DNA of 64,000 bases, taken from an uncultured Clostridia bacterium. GTDB taxonomy: Bacteria > Bacillota > Clostridia > TANB77 > CAG-508. How positions within the stretch are numbered: the first letter of the stretch is position 1; each line of letters begins with the position of its first letter. Of this stretch, positions 40,127 to 48,625 are shown piece by piece. Where the stretch lies: NCBI GenBank assembly GCA_934167305.1, contig CAKPKQ010000002.1, forward strand, positions 26,791 to 90,790. The letters are read 5' to 3'. Below the pieces are notes generated by a model, which worked only from the letters and a program-made list of their open reading frames with translations, was not told the origin of the DNA and did no database searches. Position numbers and translations under genes: made by a program.

Positions 40127-40786
40127 TTATTCTTTTAATTTATTTACAACTTCTTTATAATCTGTGGCCTTAATAATTGCACTTCCTGATACTAGTATAT
40201 TAGCTCCTGCTTGTTTTACTATTTCAGCATTTTCTGTATTTATTCCTCCATCAACCTCAATATCAACTTCTAAATTGTTTTCATTAATATATTTTTTTAA
40301 TTCTTTTATCTTTTCTATCGTATCTGGTAAAAGTTTTTGTCCACCTTCTCCAGGCTCAACTGTCATTACTAATACTAAATGTACAAATGGTAAATAATCA
40401 TAAATATCTTCCACTTTTGTATTTGGCTTAATTGAAATTCCAACTCTTATATTATTTTCATTTAATAATTTAATCCACTTAAATATTTCTTCTTTGTTTT
40501 TTGCTGCTTCTAAATGAAATGTCATAATATTTGGTTCAAATATAGCAAAGCTTTTTATATAGCTTTCTACATCTTCCACCATTAAATGAACATCTAATGG
40601 TAAATTTGAAATTTGATTTAAGTATTCGCTAAATTCCAGCATTTTGTTAGTTGTGTCATTTTTTACAAACTTTCCATCCATTACATCTATATGAAAATAA
40701 TTTACGCCAGCTGTTTCTAGATTGTATAATGTTTGAATTGCTTTATCATCTTTTACATTTAATATTGAAACTGATACTTCTACCAT
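40127..40786 (-). CDS. rpe: Ribulose-phosphate 3-epimerase
   Basis: Motifs VSILN, HIDVMDGKFV, MTVEPGEGGQK and VDGGIN. It lies downstream of rsgA, as in Firmicutes. Confidence 0.92.
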   Translation of the reverse strand: MVEVSVSILNVKDDKAIQTLYNLETAGVNYFHIDVMDGKFVKNDTTNKMLEFSEYLNQISNLPLDVHLMVEDVESYIKSFAIFEPNIMTFHLEAAKNKEEIFKWIKLLNENNIRVGISIKPNTKVEDIYDYLPFVHLVLVMTVEPGEGGQKLLPDTIEKIKELKKYINENNLEVDIEVDGGINTENAEIVKQAGANILVSGSAIIKATDYKEVVNKLKE

Positions 40787-40826
40787 TTTTCTTTACCTCT
40801 TATCTTATTATTAATTTTACATTTAT

Positions 40827-41036
40827 GATAGCAATATAATACTTTTCGTAGTGAATGCTGTGGGGACCGACAAGCTAGAAGATGTTGCTAAATTTTTTCA
40901 AATCATTATTAATGTTTGCAAAAAATTGTTGTTACATCTTCTTGCGTAGTTCAAATGGTTGTGTTAGAGCTTTAGCTCTTACAAACCATTATATGCAGAG
41001 CTGGGGATGAACGTAGAAAAGTATTATATTGCTATC
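40827..41036. other. Structured intergenic element (candidate ncRNA or miniature inverted-repeat element)
   Basis: A 21-bp perfect closing stem (40827-40847 gatagcaatataatacttttc with 41016-41036) encloses two internal hairpins (40877-40885/40934-40942 and 40954-40990) and two unpaired strands that share YTGGGGA. By eye it is more G+C-rich than the surroundings. Confidence 0.4.
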
Positions 41037-41071
41037 AATTACTTATACAATAATTTAATACTTTTTTGCCA

Positions 41072-41935
41072 TTATAATAAATTATTATAAATTTTCACAT
41101 AGTTCTCATATCTTTGTGAAGAAATATTGCCAGATTTTAAAGCTTCTTTTATTCCGCATTTTTCCTCTTTTATATGACTGCATCCTTGAAATTCGCATTT
41201 ATCTAAATAAGGTACAAACTCCACAAAATAATGGCATAAATCTTCTTTTGGAATTTCATTTATTTCAAATGTTGAAAAACCTGGAGTATCTGCTATATAT
41301 GAATTTTTCTTATATTGATATAGCCTAGTGCTTGTAGTAGTGTTTTTTCCTCTTTGATTTTTATCACTAATATTCCCTTCCTGTGTTAGTTCTTGTGCAA
41401 ATATAGAATTTATCAAAGTAGATTTTCCTACTCCTGAATTTCCTGCAAACGCTGTAGTTTCATCTTCAAGTAAATCTTTTATTTCTTCTACTCTTATTCC
41501 TTGCTTTGCATTTGTTTGTATTACTTTATATCCTATTTTTTCATACAATTTAGCAAGTTTTTCAATTTCATCTTTATTTTCCAAATCCACCTTATTTAAA
41601 ACAATAGTTGTCTTTATGCCCATAAATTGAGCAAAAATTAATTGCTTATCTAATAATAATAAATCTGGATTTGGCATTTTCATAGATACTACTAAAATAA
41701 GTTGCGTTAAATTTGCCATTTTGGGCCTTTTTAATTCATTTTTGCGAGGAAAAATTTGCTCTATTACACCTTCTTGTTTTTCTAAATTTGTAATAGTAAA
41801 CTCAACTTCATCTCCCACTAGTGGATTAATTTTTTCTTTTTTAAATTTTCCTCTTGCTAAGCACTTATATATTTTTTCATTTTCTGCTACTTGATATACA
41901 TTTGAACTGCTACAAATAATTATTCCTTTTTGCAT
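41072..41935 (-). CDS. rsgA: Ribosome small-subunit-dependent GTPase A
   Basis: OB N-domain, circularly permuted GTPase motifs (NKVDL..., GNSGVGKSTLIN), and a C-terminal zinc knuckle CEFQGCSHIKEEKC. Confidence 0.9.
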   Translation of the reverse strand: MQKGIIICSSSNVYQVAENEKIYKCLARGKFKKEKINPLVGDEVEFTITNLEKQEGVIEQIFPRKNELKRPKMANLTQLILVVSMKMPNPDLLLLDKQLIFAQFMGIKTTIVLNKVDLENKDEIEKLAKLYEKIGYKVIQTNAKQGIRVEEIKDLLEDETTAFAGNSGVGKSTLINSIFAQELTQEGNISDKNQRGKNTTTSTRLYQYKKNSYIADTPGFSTFEINEIPKEDLCHYFVEFVPYLDKCEFQGCSHIKEEKCGIKEALKSGNISSQRYENYVKIYNNLL

Positions 41936-41977
41936 TTATTCTCCTTGCTTTATTTCGGATTATATTTTTTAGTGTAA

Positions 41978-42063
41978 GAGACACATCTTTTGAGATTTAA
42001 ACTTTTAAGATGTGTCCCCTGACTGACATTTTTGTCAGTTAAAGAAACGTCCCCAAACTGACA
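41978..42063. repeat. Right-half copy of the nested-palindrome repeat element
   Basis: Central hairpin gagacacatctt...aagatgtgtcccctgactgaca (41978-42028), spacer, then the inverted unit tgtcagttaaagaaacgtccccaaactgaca (42033-42063). It abuts the prkC stop codon (42064). Confidence 0.85.
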
Positions 42064-44031
42064 TTAGTCGATTGTTAATACTGGATTCTCGGTTGATAGG
42101 TTAAATTGTTTTGTTGTTTTCTTTATGTCGTTTATCCATACTTTTACTGTTACTGTTCCTTTGCCTGAAACTTCTGCTTCTATGTTTGTTTCATCTTTTC
42201 TATTTGTATCATTATATATAGGTTCGTCATTTACAGTGATTTTTACATTTACAGTTGGATTTATTTCCTGTCCATTTTCATCCAATTTTATTTCAGATTC
42301 TGAACCAAGGAATGATTTTAAATTTAATTTAACAACACCTATTTTTATTTCTTCTATTTTATTTACAGTAATTGTTACTTTTGTTTTTTCTTCAATTGTT
42401 GTTCCTGCTTCAATACTTTGTTTTAAAACTCTTCCATCAGTTTTTGACATGTCTTCTTCATATACAACAGTTACTGTTAATCCTTCAAGTTTCTTTTTAG
42501 CTTCTTCTTCTGTATCTCCTATTACATAAGGCATAGCAATTTCTTTTAATCCTGTTCCTATGCTTACATATAGTTTTACTGTTTCACCTACTTTTATGTC
42601 TTTTCCTTCTTCAATTTCTTGTTTTATAACATATTCTTTTTCTACAGTTTTGCTTGTTTCTTCTATTTTTTCAACATTTAAATGTAATTCATCTTTTAGT
42701 TGTCTTTCTGCATCTTCATATTTCATTCCAACAACTTTAATCATTTTTACTGTTTCAGGGCCTTTACTTATTTTCACTTTTACAATAGTGTTCTCTTTTA
42801 CTGTTGCCCCTTCAGAAAATGGAGGATCTTGTGATATAATTTTTCCTATTTCAATTTCATCATTATATACTTCTTCTGTTTCTAATGTTAATTTTTCTTT
42901 TCCTAATGTTGCTTTTGCTTCTTCAATTGTTTGACCAACAAAATTAGGTAGTTTAACATCCTTTGGTAGACCCGCTTTTAATACTGCTTGAACACCAAAA
43001 AATCCTGCAATTGGAATTAAAATTACTAATAATATTGCTATTACTGTTATCCAAACTTTTTTAGCTGTTGGATGTTCTTCAAAATATTTAGCTAATTTTC
43101 CTTTTTTACCATCTTTTTCTACTTCTACTTGTGGTTCTTCTCCTAGTACAGGAACTCTTTGTGTATATTGTAATTTTTCTGCATTACTTTTTACAAATTC
43201 TCCTTCTGGATCTTTTAATGCCATGCTTAAATCTTTTAGCATTTCTGTAGCACTTTGATATCTTAAACTAGGCTCTTTTTCCATTGCTTTCATTATTATT
43301 TTATTTATTGCTAAAGGAATAGATGGATTTAGTTTTATTGGCTCAACTGGCTTTTCTTGCATATGTTTTAATGCAATAGATACAGGTGTATCTGCATCAA
43401 AAGGAACTCTACCAGTTAACATTTCATACATAACTACACCTAGTGAATATATATCAGACTTTGCATCTGTATATCCACCTCTAGCATGTTCTGGTGAAAA
43501 ATAATGTACTGATCCAATTGTTGTTCCAAAAGCTGTTATTGTTGAGTTTGAAACAGCTTTTGCAATTCCAAAATCAGTTACTTTGGCAATTCCATCTTCT
43601 GTTATTATAATATTATGAGGTTTAATATCTCTATGGACTATATTATTTTTATGTGCTGTTTCTAGAGCAGATGCAACTTGAATTGCAATGTTTATAGACC
43701 ATTTCCATGGTAATACGCCGTCTTCATTTATAATTTCTTTTAACGTTTTTCCTTGTACAAGTTCCATTACAATATAATAAACATTGTCTTCATGTCCTAC
43801 ATCAAATATTGATACAATATTTGGATGTGTAAGGCTTGCTGCAGCTTGTGCTTCTGTGTTAAATCTTTTTATAAATTCTTCATCTGTAGTATACTCTTCT
43901 CTTAAAACCTTGACTGCAACATACCTTTTTAGAATATTACATCTTGCCTTATATACGGTAGCCATGCCACCTTCTCCAATTTTTTCAAGTATTTCATATC
44001 TATTTCCTATTACTTTACCCACTAAATTCAT
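42064..44031 (-). CDS. prkC: Ser/Thr protein kinase with PASTA repeats
   Basis: Hanks kinase motifs (GEGGMATVYKA, HRDIKPHNI, DFGIAK, SPEHARG), a TM helix, repeated PASTA-like modules, and a C-terminal beta-rich extension. Confidence 0.92.
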   Translation of the reverse strand: MNLVGKVIGNRYEILEKIGEGGMATVYKARCNILKRYVAVKVLREEYTTDEEFIKRFNTEAQAAASLTHPNIVSIFDVGHEDNVYYIVMELVQGKTLKEIINEDGVLPWKWSINIAIQVASALETAHKNNIVHRDIKPHNIIITEDGIAKVTDFGIAKAVSNSTITAFGTTIGSVHYFSPEHARGGYTDAKSDIYSLGVVMYEMLTGRVPFDADTPVSIALKHMQEKPVEPIKLNPSIPLAINKIIMKAMEKEPSLRYQSATEMLKDLSMALKDPEGEFVKSNAEKLQYTQRVPVLGEEPQVEVEKDGKKGKLAKYFEEHPTAKKVWITVIAILLVILIPIAGFFGVQAVLKAGLPKDVKLPNFVGQTIEEAKATLGKEKLTLETEEVYNDEIEIGKIISQDPPFSEGATVKENTIVKVKISKGPETVKMIKVVGMKYEDAERQLKDELHLNVEKIEETSKTVEKEYVIKQEIEEGKDIKVGETVKLYVSIGTGLKEIAMPYVIGDTEEEAKKKLEGLTVTVVYEEDMSKTDGRVLKQSIEAGTTIEEKTKVTITVNKIEEIKIGVVKLNLKSFLGSESEIKLDENGQEINPTVNVKITVNDEPIYNDTNRKDETNIEAEVSGKGTVTVKVWINDIKKTTKQFNLSTENPVLTID

Positions 44032-44045
44032 ATTTTTTCTCTCCC

Positions 44046-44771
44046 CTATATTATAGTTATAACAGTTATGTTGTCATAACCACCAGCATCATTTGCTAAA
44101 TTTACTAAAATTTCTGGTGCTTTTTCTTTATATTGTTCTACTACTTCATACATTTTGCTTTCTTCAACCATATTGGTTAATCCATCTGAGCACATTAAAA
44201 ATATGTCATCTTTTTCTATATTTCGTGCTCTTATATCTGGTTCTACATATGAAGTACATCCTAGAGCCTTCAACAACATATTCTTTTTAGGATGATGTTC
44301 TGCCTCTTCTCTAGTAATTTTTTTATCTTCAACTAATTGTTGTACATAACTATGATCCTTGGTTATTTTTCTTGCAATTTCTTTTCTAATCAAATATACT
44401 CTACTATCTCCTACATGTCCTATATATATCTTATTATTATATATGAAGCATACATCTAAAGTAGTACCCATTCCCTGCAAGTTGTCATGTTTTTTTGATT
44501 CTTCATATACTACAGAATTTGCATTTTCCATAGATTTTTTTATCATATTTAAAATTTCTTCTTTTGTGTGTTCTATTTTATCAAAATTATTTTCTATATA
44601 ATCTCTTACTGTTTGTACTGCTAGTTTACTAGCTATCTCTCCTCCATTATATCCGCCCATTCCATCTGCCAAAATATATATTTGTAGGTCATTTTCTGAA
44701 GAAGGAATATAATAGTAGTCTTGGTTCATGTCCCTTGCTTTGCCAATGTCAGTTCTAGCAAAACCTTTCAT
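44046..44771 (-). CDS. prpC: PP2C-family Ser/Thr phosphatase (Stp/PrpC)
   Basis: Motifs RDMNQDYY, LADGMGG, CSDGLTN and GGYDNITV. Its end overlaps the start region of prkC. Confidence 0.9.
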   Translation of the reverse strand: MKGFARTDIGKARDMNQDYYYIPSSENDLQIYILADGMGGYNGGEIASKLAVQTVRDYIENNFDKIEHTKEEILNMIKKSMENANSVVYEESKKHDNLQGMGTTLDVCFIYNNKIYIGHVGDSRVYLIRKEIARKITKDHSYVQQLVEDKKITREEAEHHPKKNMLLKALGCTSYVEPDIRARNIEKDDIFLMCSDGLTNMVEESKMYEVVEQYKEKAPEILVNLANDAGGYDNITVITII

Positions 44772-45808
44772 CTGTTTTCCTCCTGTTTATTTAAATTTTT
44801 TCTTCTAAGCTGTCCGCATGCTGCATCAATGTCACTTCCTAATTCTCTTCTAATTGTTGCAACAATTCCATGATCATTTAAGTAATCCCTAAATTTTATA
44901 ATATTATCATTACTGCTTTTAGTAAACTTTCCATTCTCAATTTTATTTATTGGTATTAAGTTTACATGGCAAAGCATTCCTTTTAATAAATTTACTAGTT
45001 CTTTCGCATCTTCTAAATTGTCATTATTATCTTTTGCTAATGCATATTCAAATGATATTCTTTTATTGGTTTTTGCAATATAGTATTTGCAAGCCTCCAT
45101 AAGTTCTTCAATTGAGTACATGTTATTTACTGGCATCATCGCACTTCTTTTTGCATTATCTGTAGCATGAAGTGAAATAGATAATGTACATTGCAAATCT
45201 TCATTTGCAAAATCATAAATTCTTGGAACGAGTCCAGAGGTTGAAACACTAATATGTCTTGCTCCTATATTTAATCCTTTTTGATTGTTTATAATTCTAA
45301 TTGCATGCATTACATTATCATAGTTATCAAAGGGTTCGCCTATTCCCATAAAAACTATATTTGAAATATGTTCTCCTATGTCTTGTTCTACTGCTAATAT
45401 TTGTTCTACTATTTCACCTGCTGTAAGACTACGAACAAATGCAATTCCTGTTGAAGCACAAAATTTGCAACCCATTTTACATCCAATTTGTGATGATACA
45501 CAAATTGTTTTACCATGATGATATTCCATTAATACTGTTTCAATTGCGTTTCCATCTAATACATCAAATAAGTATTTCTTTGTTCCGTCTGATGATTCCT
45601 GTTTTCTAAGTATTTCAAAATTACACATTGTATAATTTTGTTTTAATTTTTCTCTTAGCTCTAATGATATATTTGTCATATCATCAAAACTTTTTACTTT
45701 TTCTACATAGATCCAATTAAAAATCTGCTCTGCTCTATACCCCTTTTCTCCTAGGGAAATAAGCTCTTGTTTTAATTCATCTAAATTATATTCTTTTATA
45801 TTTTTCAT
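44768..45808 (-). CDS. rlmN: 23S rRNA (adenine2503-C2)-methyltransferase
   Basis: RlmN/Cfr radical-SAM protein with CKMGCKFCAS, IVFMGIGEP and CGQL near the C-terminus. Confidence 0.9.
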   Translation of the reverse strand: MKNIKEYNLDELKQELISLGEKGYRAEQIFNWIYVEKVKSFDDMTNISLELREKLKQNYTMCNFEILRKQESSDGTKKYLFDVLDGNAIETVLMEYHHGKTICVSSQIGCKMGCKFCASTGIAFVRSLTAGEIVEQILAVEQDIGEHISNIVFMGIGEPFDNYDNVMHAIRIINNQKGLNIGARHISVSTSGLVPRIYDFANEDLQCTLSISLHATDNAKRSAMMPVNNMYSIEELMEACKYYIAKTNKRISFEYALAKDNNDNLEDAKELVNLLKGMLCHVNLIPINKIENGKFTKSSNDNIIKFRDYLNDHGIVATIRRELGSDIDAACGQLRRKNLNKQEENR

Positions 45809-45913
45809 TATTATTCCTTTTATATCTATTATTACATACTATTTATACCATAAGATACATATTTTTTCAATACATAAGGTCAAAAAAAGCAATCAGCCTA
45901 CGGCTGATTGTTT

Positions 45914-46624
45914 TTAAGCTTTTACTTCAATTTCTTTAAATTTCTTTAATCTAATATTATATGCTTCAATCATTTCTTTTTCATATGCAAGTTTTGGCTC
46001 CTCAACTTTCATAAGTTTTAATAATTCTAATGTAAAGTATGGATTTAAAACTAAAAATGGTCCTATTACATATGTTGCAAAAAAGTTATTTTGGTGAATA
46101 CCTTCTAATTTTGTTTTTTCGTTTATTCCTATACCCATTCTAGTTTTAATAAAGTAATTATCTTCATTATTTCCATATAACATAGTAAATTGGCTTTTAA
46201 ACCCAAGTATTTCTATATTTTCATATTCTCCTAAGAAAAAACTATTATGTCTGTGCATCATATTTCTTTTTGCATATACATCAAATATTCCAAGTGCCTC
46301 TATTTTGCTTCCATCTTCATTTTCAATATATTTTCCTAAAAGTTCTACACTATTTCCAGTAAATAAAAACAATTGATTTTGTTCTATTTTATCTTTAATT
46401 TGTTGTGTGTATGGTTTTAATTTTTGAATTGATATTTCTTGAGCTCTTTCCGATAAAGTTCCCATATATACTAATGCAATATCATTTTCTTCAATGAATC
46501 TAGGTTTTTCATTTATTGATGTTTCTATTATTTCCGCTTCTGGTAAACACTTTTTTAAGTACATCATATTACCCATATCACCATTTAAGTTGCAAAACTC
46601 CGAGTATAAAATTTCAATCTTCAT
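45914..46624 (-). CDS. gatD: GatD-like (CobB/CobQ-type glutamine amidotransferase-like) partner of MurT, catalytic residues apparently substituted
   Basis: Collinear with GatD (CNLNGDMGNMMYL, EALGIFDVY, EGIHQNNFFATY) and directly downstream of murT. It has LFTGNSVELLG where GatD has the Cys motif, and YVIGP where GatD has YLHGP. Confidence 0.7.
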   Translation of the reverse strand: MKIEILYSEFCNLNGDMGNMMYLKKCLPEAEIIETSINEKPRFIEENDIALVYMGTLSERAQEISIQKLKPYTQQIKDKIEQNQLFLFTGNSVELLGKYIENEDGSKIEALGIFDVYAKRNMMHRHNSFFLGEYENIEILGFKSQFTMLYGNNEDNYFIKTRMGIGINEKTKLEGIHQNNFFATYVIGPFLVLNPYFTLELLKLMKVEEPKLAYEKEMIEAYNIRLKKFKEIEVKA

Positions 46625-46639
46625 TAAAAATTTTCTCCT

Positions 46640-48016
46640 TTATTTCTTATCTATAATCTCTTTTACCTTTTGTTTTATTTGTTTTGTTTCTTCAATTGAA
46701 TATAAATCGTGTAGTATAAATATCTTATCTATTCCATCAAGTTTTAATTCACTGGTAGCTTCTATTAAATCTTTTTTATGTACTAATACTTCTGGTTTTA
46801 TATTTGCAATTAAACAACGAATATATGAATCCATATATCTTGGTCCAGCAATTATTACCTGTTTAATGCTTTCATCATTTAAAAATTCATAGTCTGTGTC
46901 ATATTGCCATGCTGTATCTTCTGAACCTTTTGCTTCCTCATGCAAATCATCTAATATTATTATTACAGCCTTATTACCTGGTTGTTGTTTTGTATATCTA
47001 AAAGCCAAAGAACACGCAATTGGGTTCATGCCTTTAGCTAGTTGAGTTACTATCTCATAATTTTTGTATTCTTCTTTGCTATATCTTGTTTCAACTATTT
47101 TCAAACCTTTAAATGATGAATTTATTTGGTCATGTGTTAATCCTAATTGTTTTAGCACTATAGTTACAGCCAACATATTATATATATTTATAATATTATC
47201 ACTAATCAAGTCATATGTTTCTTCTTTTTCACCTGATTTTACTGTCATTTTTTTATTTTCTAAATCTAAATCTGTTAAAACATAATCTGCATCAGGTGTT
47301 TTATAATCACATTTTGTGCAATGTGCTTTTCCAATATGATGATATCTTACATATTCATATTCAATTTTATTATTACATTTCGGGCACACTCTTATATCTC
47401 TGGTTATATTTTCACAATGATCTAAATCTGTTGGCAATTTAGCTATACTAAAATAGATTTTCTTATTTTGTTCTGCAATATGACTACAAATAAGATCATC
47501 AGCATTTTCTATCATTATAGTCTCTTTTGGAATATATTTATTTAATATATCAGAAATAAATTCTGTATGTGCATTTCTCATTAAAGAATCTCTAAATAAA
47601 TTAGTGCAAACTAAATAAGTTGGTGTTATATATGGATATATTTTATTTGCACTTCTTTCATCTATTTCAAGTACCGCTAAATCTTTTTTAGCATTTCCCA
47701 ATCCATTAGAACCCTGTATAAGTGTAGTAGCAATTCCACCATCTATATTTGATCCATATTTATTATTTATAAAATCAAATTTATTTGCAGTTAAAATATC
47801 ATTAATCATATTACATACGGTTGTTTTTCCATTTGTACCTGTCACACCAACAATCGTTTTTGGTTTTTCCAACATTCCTAGAAAATTCGGACATATGGTT
47901 AATGCAATTTTACCAGGCATATATGTTGCATTTCTTTTTAAAACTTTCAATATAAATGACGTACACTTAGCTACCCAAAGTGCAATATAAAATCTAAATG
48001 TTTTCTTATTGTTCAT
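46640..48016 (-). CDS. murT: Lipid II isoglutaminyl synthase, Mur-ligase-like subunit MurT
   Basis: P-loop GVTGTNGKTT, Cys4 ribbon (CPKCNNK...CTKCDYK), and a C-terminal DUF1727-like region. Confidence 0.85.
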   Translation of the reverse strand: MNNKKTFRFYIALWVAKCTSFILKVLKRNATYMPGKIALTICPNFLGMLEKPKTIVGVTGTNGKTTVCNMINDILTANKFDFINNKYGSNIDGGIATTLIQGSNGLGNAKKDLAVLEIDERSANKIYPYITPTYLVCTNLFRDSLMRNAHTEFISDILNKYIPKETIMIENADDLICSHIAEQNKKIYFSIAKLPTDLDHCENITRDIRVCPKCNNKIEYEYVRYHHIGKAHCTKCDYKTPDADYVLTDLDLENKKMTVKSGEKEETYDLISDNIINIYNMLAVTIVLKQLGLTHDQINSSFKGLKIVETRYSKEEYKNYEIVTQLAKGMNPIACSLAFRYTKQQPGNKAVIIILDDLHEEAKGSEDTAWQYDTDYEFLNDESIKQVIIAGPRYMDSYIRCLIANIKPEVLVHKKDLIEATSELKLDGIDKIFILHDLYSIEETKQIKQKVKEIIDKK

Positions 48017-48166
48017 AATATATATCTCCTAATTTTTTATACCCCTATTTTATATTTATTTTACACATTTAGCAAGTAGTTTACTAAATAATTTTATACC
48101 AATAAGGACGGAGAGAAATATGGAAATAATACCACACTCAATCCGTCCCATTGACATGAAATTATT

Positions 48167-48415
48167 TTAATATGTGTTTTTTCTTTCTTTTAAAACTTGT
48201 TCAATATTTGATAATCGTTTCTCAAATATCTGATTTGTCATATCCGCAATTTCGTTAAAATCTTTAATTTTTTGTAACTTATGCATTGTAACTTTATGAT
48301 GTTTTTTTAACTCATTTTGCATCATTATTTGGTCATTTTTTAGTTCATATAAAAGTCCTTGTATTTCTGTGATTAATGCTTCTAATTTTTGATTTTCATT
48401 AATTTTTTTCTGCAT
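48167..48415 (-). CDS. Hypothetical coiled-coil protein (82 aa)
   Basis: ORF with an AGAGGTG RBS and a heptad-like K/E/Q-rich sequence. No family recognised. Confidence 0.45.
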   Translation of the reverse strand: MQKKINENQKLEALITEIQGLLYELKNDQIMMQNELKKHHKVTMHKLQKIKDFNEIADMTNQIFEKRLSNIEQVLKERKNTY

Positions 48416-48486
48416 ATTATCACCTCTTTCTAATTTATGTGCCTATTATACTATATAATAAATACATAGTCAATATTTTTTACGAA

Positions 48487-48623
48487 TGTCAGTTCGGGGA
48501 CGTTTCTTTAACTGACACTTTTGTCAGTTGAGGGACACATCTCTCAAGCTTTTTTATCATGCTTTTAAGATGTGTCCCCCGAGTGACATTTGTGTCAGTT
48601 AAAGAAACGTCCCCGAACTGACA
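48487..48623. repeat. Full-length nested-palindrome repeat element (137 bp)
   Basis: Unit (48487-48517), cttt, central hairpin tgtcagttgagggacacatct...agatgtgtcccccgagtgaca (48522-48588), tttg, inverted unit (48593-48623). It ends 2 nt from the aspS stop codon. Confidence 0.9.
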
Positions 48624-48625
48624 AT

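Noticed and set aside
40827-41036. Confident assignment as 6S RNA
   Set aside because: The long closing stem fits. However, the interior folds as two side hairpins with purine-rich joiners rather than a clear central bubble plus terminal stem. I cannot verify 6S covariation without a covariance-model search.
7319-48623. CRISPR array formed by the tgtcagtt... repeats
   Set aside because: The copies are tens of kilobases apart, come in both orientations, are arranged as palindromes rather than direct repeats with unique spacers, and no cas genes are present.
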